Assembly (NCBI GenBank): GCA_951406725.2
Contig: OX597835.1
Span: 43,152,001-43,216,000 of the forward strand
DNA from: Octopus vulgaris
Taxonomy: Eukaryota
DNA: 64,000 bases
Direction: 5' to 3'
Part shown: piece by piece, positions 54,942 to 64,000 of the stretch
Numbering within the stretch: the stretch's first letter is position 1
How the letters are laid out: the number at the start of each line of letters is the position of its first letter
Position numbers and translations under genes: made by a program
The notes under the pieces: generated by a model
What the model was told of the DNA's origin: nothing
Database searches by the model: none
Seen by the model: the letters and a program-made list of their open reading frames with translations, nothing else

Positions 54942-56544
54942 TGATTTGTGATTTTTTTTTTTTTTTTAAGTGCGAAAAATAATTTTTTTTTTTCCTGCCT
55001 AGTCATATGATCCCCCGTGCAGAATTCCACCGGATGGACTAATCTGTTAATATGACAGAAATGTTTAGTTGTTCAGTTGACTGGTCATCGTCATTTTTAT
55101 TGAAAATTAGGTCAGTCGCATGAACTCGTTAACAGTCCACTACACTCAATAAATCTGTTCTGTGTGTATGTAGATTAGTGGTCTCTGGAAATGTAATGGA
55201 ATCAGCTGGTCCTCAGTTCATGGATTCTGGAGGGTCCTGGATAATTCTGCAATGTCGGAATTTAGTTTAAAATATTACATAAAAGGCAAACCTACACAAT
55301 TGTGCCCCCCTCCGATTTTGTTTCCTCAAAACTTCCAGAAAATTTGATATTTTTAAATGAAATTTTCTACAAATACACTTCAGATGGTGTAGATTTCGAT
55401 TGCATCGGAATTTGTGGATCTTCACCTTTTGACCGACAGCTTTGAGAAATAATTTTTTGTAAAGGTAAAGATCCGAATTTGTTGTGAAAAAAACTTTTCT
55501 GTGATTGAGTAGAAAAGTTTCGGAAAATTCACAAGAGTCGGCTTTGTTTTCCTGAAAAATGGGTGCTCTTTTTTTTTTTTTTTTTTTTTCAATGGAATTC
55601 TCTACAAATACCTTTCAGAGAGTGTAGAGTACAATTATACCAAAATTTAATATGAAAAGGAAAAAATGAACACCCATACATACTGACACACATATCGCAA
55701 TTTTTTGGGGACTTTCAAGTTTCATTTTGTTGATTATGTAACGTGTATCTGTGAGTCCACTTTATTTTACATATTAAATTCCGATATCGTAATTTACACC
55801 ATCAAAAGCGTATTTTTGTTGAAAATTTCATAAAAAGATACCCATTTTTTTGAAAGTTGTGAGGAAACAAAGCTTAAAGTGAATTTTTCGAAATTCCTCT
55901 CCCCACTCACAGAAAAAAATTTTTTTAACAAATTCCAATATAATCGGAATCTACACCATCTGAAGCATATTTTTTGTTGAAAAGGTCTTTAAAAAAATAC
56001 CCATTTTCCTGAAATTTTTAAAAAATAAACTCCAACATAATCGGACTCTACATCATCTGAAGCATATTTGTTGGAAATTTCGTGGCTGACAGAATAGGTA
56101 CTACGCCGACAAAGAATAAGTCCGGGGGGGGGGGTTCAACCAAAGGTGGTGCTCCAGCATGGCCACAGTCAAGTGACTGAATCAAACAAAAGAATATATG
56201 CATATGTGTGTTTGACAACCAGTTTTGGTTTGTTTGCATTTCTGTAACTTAGCAGTTCAGCAGAAGAGACTGATAAAAGAAGTACCATATTTAAAATAAG
56301 TACCGGGTTTGTTTTCTTTGACTAAGCTATACAAGGTGGGGCTCAATGTTTGCTGGTTGTAGTGAAATTAGAACTCCTAACCACACAGTCACTAGCTCTG
56401 GTCATGAGAATTCCAGCTTTTACCCCTTCCTCCACTCCAAACCCTATCCCACCTCTCGGTATCTTCAGCCCTACAAACTTCACCACAGCCCTTGTTTATC
56501 CCACTAACTGCACTACAACCCTCATTAACCCTTCTGTCTTCACT

Positions 56545-56850
56545 TCAGTTCTTGTTAGCCCTACTGACTTCTTTACAAGCCTCGTTAGCCCTACTGACTT
56601 CATTGCAAACCTCATTAGCCCTACTGACTTCTTTACAAGCCTCGTTAGCCCTACTGACTTCTTTACAAGCCTCGTTAGCCCTACTGACTTCTTTACAAGC
56701 CTCGTTAGCCCTACTGACTTCTTTACAAGCCTCGTTAGCCCTACTGACTTCATTGCAAGCCTCATTAGCCCTACTGACTTCATTACAAGCCTCGTTAGCC
56801 TTGCTGACTTCACCCTCAGCCCTTGTTAGCCCTACTGACTTCATTGTAAC
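56545..56850. repeat. 30-bp minisatellite, ~10 copies
   Basis: CTCGTTAGCCCTACTGACTTCTTTACAAGC in tandem; several copies identical. Confidence 0.95.
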
Positions 56851-57529
56851 CTTGTTTTCCCTTCTGTACCCTATCTCCTTATTAAGCCTTTTTACTTCCC
56901 CACGACCCTTGTTAATCCTATTCACTTTACCATAATCCACATCAATCCCTACTGACTACCATTACCCTTGTTATTATCTAAGATATATTCACAAAGTCTA
57001 GAATTATTCCTAAACCAATTATTTCTTGTGTTTCATCCCAGAGTACCGGTGAGTATCCTAACGTTGGTACAGGAGTATCTCTAATGTGTTGTTACAGAAA
57101 TTCCTCATGTACTCCTCTCAATTATTGTAATTCTCTTACATTCTTTCATCGTTTTAATTACATCTAATCTCCTTTCAAATTTTTAACGATTTTTTTTGTT
57201 TGTTTTTTTTTTAATATTTTGTAGTTGTCAGTTTGGTAATTTCCTCAGTGACATCTGATTCCAACCAATGAGGAGGAGTGGAGGAAATTGTGTGAAGCCT
57301 TCTACGAGTCTGCAGATAGTGTATGGAACAACAACTTATGTTTGTACACAGGGAAATATCTTAATTAATTCTCTCTTTTGCTGTCCGGTATACTGTCCAA
57401 CATTGAAAGTATTTCGATGAATCCGCTGCTCCAGCATGTTGTCGGACGATAATTAAACACCTCGTTAACAACTTGTATTTACCATTACATATCATTATTT
57501 CAGGTAATTCAAAAGTTTGTTCTGCGAAA

Positions 57530-59200
57530 ATGTCTTCTGGTTGCACGAATTATGTGGTCAGTGAAACCACGGAGATCCTTATTGATTTAGGGCCAATGAA
57601 AGACACAGTGCACCAGGTTTCCGGCCAGCCTGGCTGTTCACTGCTAACGTCTATGTATGCACAGAAAATATCACCAAAAATCGTACAGGTTTGCTTTATT
57701 TGTGATAAGATGTTTATTAACCGTGTTAGTTTGACCAAGCATTTAACCAAGCACAATATACTAGTCAGGGGCGCCACCTCCAGTGTAAACGAAGGAGGCA
57801 GTAATGCCACAAATAGAGATCTAGAGAAGTTAAATCCTCCTGGGAAAATTAGCTGTGAATATTGTCGGGGATTGTTTGATAACCAAGACGATTTGATGAA
57901 ACATGAAAACACTCATTATCTGTTTGAAGGATCAGTCATGGAAAAGCACTGCTGTGGCTATTGCGGAGTAAAGTTCAGTCGGCGGAGGGACCTCTTTCGC
58001 CATATCCGGTGCTGCGGAACGTTATCGGCTGTGGACAATTGTAAACTCGCGACGGAAATCAACATGAAACCAAACAGTAATAAACAGTCGGATGAAAGTT
58101 CTCAGGCGTCAACTCAGGTGGAATATTTCTGCCTGAATTGCAAGCAGAAGCGTTCTTTCAAAATCCTTTCCCTGGACCGTGCCAGCAAGCTCTTAAAACT
58201 GAACTGTCAAACCTGCGGGAAACCTCTACACTTAACGTATTTTGCTTCCGAATCTTCTAAGGCCAAAGATCCTCAAAAGACTGTCGACTGCGACACAACA
58301 GCTGAACCGTGTCAAGACAATGGACTGTCAACGTCAACACCACAATCCCCGTTACTTATTGACGACAACGACCCAGTCGCTGATGACGAAGAACCATGTG
58401 ACCAAACTCCAGTTAACGACGACGAAGAACCACGTGACCAAACTCCAGTTAACGACGACGAAGAACCACGTGACCAAACTCCAGTTAACGATGACGAAGA
58501 ACCACGTGACCAAACTCCAGTTACCAATGATAAAAAACCACGTGACCAAACTCCAGTTACCAATGATAAAAAACCACGTGACCAAACTCCAGTTACCAAT
58601 GATAGAAAAGCGGTAATAAGAACCATATTAAAACTTTCCAGAAACTTCCCTCGAGTGATCAAAATGTTAAATAAAAATTCAAAGTTCAAATGTCACGTTT
58701 GCTACAAAAAATTTACCTCATCGGACATCCTCAGTAACCACTTCAATTCAGCCCATGCTGGAGTAAGAAGGCAGAAAAGTAGCTGCCCTTATTGTTCCAA
58801 GTCTTACATCACAGCAAAACTTTACCTGCGCCACCTTCAGAGTCACGTTCGATTAAAGAAGATTTCGTGCCACTATCAGTTGTTATCGAAATCTACGGAA
58901 GCATTCTATGACATTTTCGATTACCAACACAATGGAAAACGGCACACTTGTCTCCATTGTTCTCAAAGTTTTTCCAATTCCGTAGAACTTTTAAATCACC
59001 ACAAAGAATCTCATCCTAATAATTCTGTTCACGTCTGCCAAGTGTGTTCCTGTCAGTTTGTTTCTGACAACTCTCTAAAGCAACATCGTAAGAGGCACAG
59101 TGTCAAGAACTTCTACAAATGTGACTTTTGCTTCAGAACATTCACTAAAATGTCCGTTTTCCTGCAACACATTTTACAACACGCAAAGATAAGTTTTTAA
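57530..59200 (+). CDS. C2H2 zinc-finger protein (~556 aa; 8 fingers, a C4 motif and a 12-aa tandem repeat)
   Basis: Uninterrupted ORF. Fingers CFIC..H..H, CEYC, CGYC (C2HC), CHVC, CPYC, CLHC, CQVC, CDFC. Splice acceptor TTATTTCAG ends at 57503, first ATG at 57530, AATAAA at ~59393. Upstream coding exons cannot be excluded. Confidence 0.93.
   Translation: MSSGCTNYVVSETTEILIDLGPMKDTVHQVSGQPGCSLLTSMYAQKISPKIVQVCFICDKMFINRVSLTKHLTKHNILVRGATSSVNEGGSNATNRDLEKLNPPGKISCEYCRGLFDNQDDLMKHENTHYLFEGSVMEKHCCGYCGVKFSRRRDLFRHIRCCGTLSAVDNCKLATEINMKPNSNKQSDESSQASTQVEYFCLNCKQKRSFKILSLDRASKLLKLNCQTCGKPLHLTYFASESSKAKDPQKTVDCDTTAEPCQDNGLSTSTPQSPLLIDDNDPVADDEEPCDQTPVNDDEEPRDQTPVNDDEEPRDQTPVNDDEEPRDQTPVTNDKKPRDQTPVTNDKKPRDQTPVTNDRKAVIRTILKLSRNFPRVIKMLNKNSKFKCHVCYKKFTSSDILSNHFNSAHAGVRRQKSSCPYCSKSYITAKLYLRHLQSHVRLKKISCHYQLLSKSTEAFYDIFDYQHNGKRHTCLHCSQSFSNSVELLNHHKESHPNNSVHVCQVCSCQFVSDNSLKQHRKRHSVKNFYKCDFCFRTFTKMSVFLQHILQHAKISF
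58381..58605 (+). repeat. Coding 36-bp tandem repeat x6 (DDEEPRDQTPVN / NDKKPRDQTPVT)
   Basis: GACGAAGAACCACGTGACCAAACTCCAGTTAACGAC units, in frame within the ZNF CDS. Confidence 0.95.
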
Positions 59201-59809
59201 ATTAATTTACTCCTCTGTTAACATCAACTTAATGCAGTGTATGTTTACTATATTTATATATCTACACTTTATATAGTTGTGTGTGTGTATATATACACAC
59301 ACATGCACACTTTATTTATATATATATATAGTAAACATTTACATGTTCATTGTATAGGTTCAAATCCAGCTAGGATCTTGTACATATCCAGGAATAAATG
59401 GCACCTGATGATAATGGTTGTAGTTTTAACCAATGGAAACAGTATATTGTGTATGTATGTATGTATACACACACACACTCACTCACACATGCACATAATT
59501 ATATGTATGTATATGAAAATTATATATATATATATATATGTGTGTGTATGTATGTATAAATATTTGTGTGCATGCACATACTCTTAAGATGGTGTTAATT
59601 ATTATTGTTTCAGTTACAATTAATTTAGCCATATCAAATGGTTTATTAAGCCAAGTTCAATTTTTTTATAGAAAATTACTTATGTGGGATGCTTGAGCTG
59701 AATTTGAAAGTTTGTGTTAAAGGGAAAGAAGACACAAGGTCCCATTGAAAAATAAAAAGAACCTTAAAATGATTCGAAGGTTTTGACTAAATTACGGCTG
59801 GGAGATAAC

Positions 59810-60305
59810 AGTGTACTTCAAGTAGCTGCCCTTGGCTTTTTCTATGGCCCCAAGGCATGCTCCAGACCCTGGCACGTGCATTCCTCACTGTGTCCCCAAG
59901 AAGATCTTTGAACACCTTGATTTCGGTCACTGGTTCGGCCTTGGTGTTACAGGCTGAGCAGTTGCTGTCTTTCTCGGCTACACCCCATACATAGTAAATT
60001 CACGGGGTTACAATCAGCGGAATTAGGAGACCAGAAACTGGGGGTCGGTGAAGTCATAGGAATTCTCCGACAACCACTTCTGACTTCTTTCCAGAGGAAT
60101 GGCAAGGAGCTGAATCCTCCTGCCACACATATGGCCTTCCATTGGTGACCCCCTCTCCAGCCAGGGATTGACCATTGCCTCCAGCAGCTTCACATAGCCA
60201 TCTGAATTTAGCCTAAGACCCCCCCCATTCAAAGATGTGGAGCAGCATGATGTTATCGTCACTGGGGACACCCAAAAAGCATCGTAGTTTAGGGGAACTT
60301 CAATC
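59810..60305 (-). pseudogene. Second DD37D-like transposase remnant
   Basis: LNSDGYVKLLE...PWLER, WQEDSAPCH (shifted frame), SQKWLSENSYDF, YYVWG. Confidence 0.75.
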
Positions 60306-60581
60306 ATTTGTATTTAAAAAAATTGGAAAATATTGATCTCCTGTAACCCTTTTGATAGCAACCTACTTGATATTCCCCCTGGTTCTATGATACAAAACAA
60401 ACAGTTTTAAAGGGATTTAAAGTAAAACCTCCCATTAAAATTCCATGCTGTTTGGGTTCCAAACACCAGCCGTACAATGACCGTTATTTTGTACTAAGTT
60501 CTTCAAAATTAACTAAAAGAAGCTTAGTGTATTTTAATAAAAATATATTAACAATAGGCAATATCGCTAAGCATTTTGCCA

Positions 60582-60927
60582 GCTTGTTTTTTTTTCCTCA
60601 TCATTCCATGCTTTTCGTATGCAAGCTGGCGGGGCTCGCTCGGAGCACTTGAATTCATGCCTTACACATGACAACTAATGTAAAAAAGGCGGTGCCCCAG
60701 CATGGCCTCAATCTAATGACTGAAACAAGTAAAAGATAAAGCATAAGATAAACAGCCAATAGATGTTTGTCAAACTCATTGCTGGGGTTATTAAGTTCTA
60801 TAGAAATTGTCTCATCAAGGCTTCGTTATTAGTTGCCGTGTGTAAGGCATAAATTAGGGTTCTCTGAGTGAGCCCCACCCGGCTTGCATACGAAAAGCAT
60901 GCAATGATGGGAAAAAAAAAACAAGCA
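60582..60927. mobile_element. Fold-back element with ~95-bp arms and a decayed hammerhead-like motif (-)
   Basis: GCTTGTTTTTTTT...CATGCTTTTCGTATGCAAGC / GCTTGCATACGAAAAGCATG...AAAAAACAAGC; minus strand AGCC-TTGATGA-GAC...GGCT. Confidence 0.6.
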
Positions 60928-62224
60928 TTTTACAATGATGTAAGGTCCGGGTTCAACCATTGTGTCCATCATTGATTGTATGTGGGTGTGTGGTTAATAA
61001 ACTCATTTTGCAATCGGGGTTCAATCTCACTGCATGCCACCTTGGGTGAGTTTCTTGTATGTATGTTGAGAAACCAGTGTTGGTTTGTTTGTGTCACATT
61101 TTGGGGGAAAAAAAAGGCTGATAGAATAAATCGACTTGGCCCCTCTCCCAGAATTTCAGGCCTTGTGCCTATAGTAAGAAGGGTTACTGGTTGTTGTGTA
61201 ATTTAGAAATGGTCCTAATATTTATTTGTCTTGAAGTGATCTTGGTTGCAATAATTTGTTGTAACATATTGCTGTCTACAGATGGAAATCAGAAGTATTG
61301 TTGTATGCCAAACCATTTTCCTGCAGCCCTGATCCGTGTGATCGGTGACCATTACATTGTCTGCGTTAGGAGAAAGAACTTGTTTGCATATCATTATCAT
61401 TTAACGTCCGTTTTTCCATGCTGGCATGGGTTGGACGGTTTGACAGGGGCTGGCTCGGCAGAAGATTGCTCCAGGCCTCACTGTCTGTTTTGGCAGGGTT
61501 TTTCACAGCTGGATGCCCTTCCTAACGCCAACCACACCACAGAGTGGACTGAGTGCTTTTTACATGGCACCAGCACAGGGGAGGTCAGTTTTGGCAGGGT
61601 TTTTCACAGCTGGGTGCCCTTCCAAGTGCCAACCACTTCATAGTGTGGACTGGATACATTTTATGTGGCACCAGCTCTTGTATCGAATAGTAAAATCTTT
61701 CAGTTAATCTCGCTACGAGGTACTTCTTGATTAGGATATCCAGGGGCTCCATGCTGTGATGATGTAAGGTCCGGGTTCAATCATTGTGACCATCATTGAT
61801 TGTATATGGCTGTGTGGTTAATAAACTCATTTTGCAATCGGGTTCAATCTCACTGCATGCCACCTTGGGTGAGTTTCTTGTATGTATATATGTGTGTGTG
61901 TTGGGAAACCAGTGTTGGTTTGGTTATGTCACATTTTGGCAAAAAAAGGCTGATAGAATAAGTACCAGATTTCAAAAAATAAAAGTACTGTGGTCAGTGT
62001 GTTTGACCAAACTCTTTGAGGCAACGGCCCAGCGTGGCCACATTTCATTGACTGAAACAATTAAAAAAAAAATTCAAAGATGTATATAATCCAGTTGCCA
62101 CGTACAGGGTAGCACCTACATTGCTAGAAATAAGAGCCAAAAGCCCTTATAGCCACAAGAAGCACATTTATGCACTGACAGGAGAGACAGGCAGTTGTCT
62201 CCCCTGTTGGTGCATAAGGCTATA

Positions 62225-62624
62225 CTCTCTTTTACATTCTCTTACTTGTTTCAGTCATTTGACTGCGGCCATGCTGGAGCACTGCCTTCAGTCGAGCAAA
62301 TCGACCACAGGACTTGATCTTTGTAAACCTAGAACTTATTCTATCGGTCTCTTTTGCCGAACCGCTAAGTTACGGGGACATAAACACACCAGCATCGGTT
62401 GTCAAGCGATGTTGGGGGATGGGGACAAAAACACAGACACATATACATATATATATAAACGACGGGCTTCTTTCAGTTTCCGTCTACCAAATCTACTCAT
62501 AAAGGCTTTGGTCAGCCCGAGGCTATAGAAGAAGACACTTACCTAAGGTGCCATGCAGTGGGACTGAACCCGGAACCATGTGGTTGGTAAGCAAGCTACT
62601 TACCACACAGCCACTCCTGTGCCT
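62225..62624 (-). mobile_element. OK-like CORE SINE
   Basis: Same family sequence. Confidence 0.87.
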
Positions 62625-63299
62625 ATAAGGGCTTTTAGTTCTTATTTCTAGCAATGTAGATGCTACTCTCTCCCTTCAGTTACAATTAGTGGCAAGTGGA
62701 TTTTTTTTTTTTGGTTTTATATTGTTTAATCCCCAGGGGTAAACCCTGATTGAGCAGCGTTCTAATCAAAAGCGTTTCAGCCATGACCATCCATTTTATT
62801 TAGGACTTGGTAGGACTACATTATCTAATGTGTTCCTTCCAAATGCAAGCCAGTATGTGTGATGTGGCTGTTGTTTCTAGCAGGTTGAATGACTACAAAG
62901 AGGCTTCCACATTGGCATCACTTTGTCAGCCAGGACTGTTGTGGTGGAGAGGTCAGTTAGCTTATTGGATCATTCAAAAGCACAGAAATTGCCAACTAGG
63001 ATATTTCCTGATCATATATCTATGACCAGTGGAGGCGCATGGCTTAGTGGTTAAGGTGGTGGTTTCGATTCCTGGACCGGGCGACGCGTTGTGTTCTTGA
63101 GCAACACACTTCATTTTCACGTTGCTCCAGTCCACTCAGCTGGCAAAAATGAGTAAGCCTGTGAGGGACTGGCGTCCCTTCCAGGTGAGGAATTTCTACA
63201 CCACTAAAACTGAGAAACCGGCCCTTATGAGCCTGGCATGGCTTGAGAACGAACATTTTTTTTTATATATCTATGACCTGTATTGACTATTATTGATGA

Positions 63300-63550
63300 A
63301 AACTATGATTGACAACAGCTGTCACTGTCGTAACCAGTAGCAACTACATCATAGCCAATAGTGACTATGTCATAACTTATAGTTGCTATGTCATAACTAG
63401 TAGATACTAGACCATAACCAATGGTTGCTATGTCATAACTAGTAGCTGTTATGTCAACCAGTGGTTGTTGTGTGATACTCAATAATGTAGCTACCAAGTC
63501 ATCACCAGTAGCTACTCCGTATATCATATGGTAACCACTTATGACATCAC
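63300..63550. repeat. Degenerate 21-bp minisatellite
   Basis: GTCATAACTAGTAGCTACTAT-like units. Confidence 0.7.
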
Positions 63551-64000
63551 AACTCTTGGTGGATCTTTTCCTTTTGAACGGCAGTTTTCAACACAATTTC
63601 TAGTTAACTAAACACTTTAAAACTTCGTATACTGGTAGAATGTGTCAAAATAAAACATTTTTTTCTCTTGGCTTTCTTGAGAAAATTGTAATTTGTAAGT
63701 TTAACGTAGTTTAATTTTTCGAATTTTAACCAATCAATGCCCTCTATTGAGCTAAAATCATTTGCTGCGTCTAAAACTGAGACAACATCCTGTCACTGTT
63801 ATGTTTACGTATGGAAAGCGTGTGTATAAAATTATAGAATTATTTGTTTGCTAATTGTTTAAATTATTTTCCATTACTTTCGTTTTAGCCTTTCGGTTTT
63901 TTTTTTCTTAAGCAATGGAAAATAGTTTAAACAATACACATGTACCTCAAAACTAATAATTTTTGACACACGCGTAACAATTAAATTAATTTAACAATTA

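Noticed and set aside
56545-56850. 30-bp repeat as a CRISPR array or as a coiled-coil protein (EVSRANEACK)n
   Set aside because: Units are contiguous with no unique spacers and no cas genes. The repeat is open in four frames, as expected for a stop-poor minisatellite.

Overview
Eukaryotic, AT-rich, repeat-dominated DNA. The SINE families and microsatellite load look like a cephalopod (Octopus) genome; this is recognition from memory, not a database hit. There is one convincing host coding region: a ~556-aa C2H2 zinc-finger ORF (57530-59200, +) with a 12-aa internal tandem repeat. Most of the rest is mobile DNA and microsatellites. Mobile DNA includes tRNA-derived SINEs, RTE-type 3' ends, Tc1/mariner elements (DD37D, DD34E, a deleted mariner), hAT/piggyBac/pogo MITEs, Helitron pieces, a CR1-clade LINE end, a decayed Gypsy pol and RLE-type non-LTR 3' ends. 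There is also a 5'-truncated U6 snRNA pseudogene. Three signals stand out. (1) About a dozen hammerhead-ribozyme-like motifs lie in short, often fold-back, Penelope-like units embedded in (TA)n, including U3-A8 core variants with compensatory stem changes. (2) RLE-type retrotransposon ends are stacked on (ATAC)n tracts. (3) The U6 3' end is joined directly to a SINE 5' end. Almost all long ORFs in the track are microsatellite artefacts. All coordinates were read by eye and may be off by a few bases.
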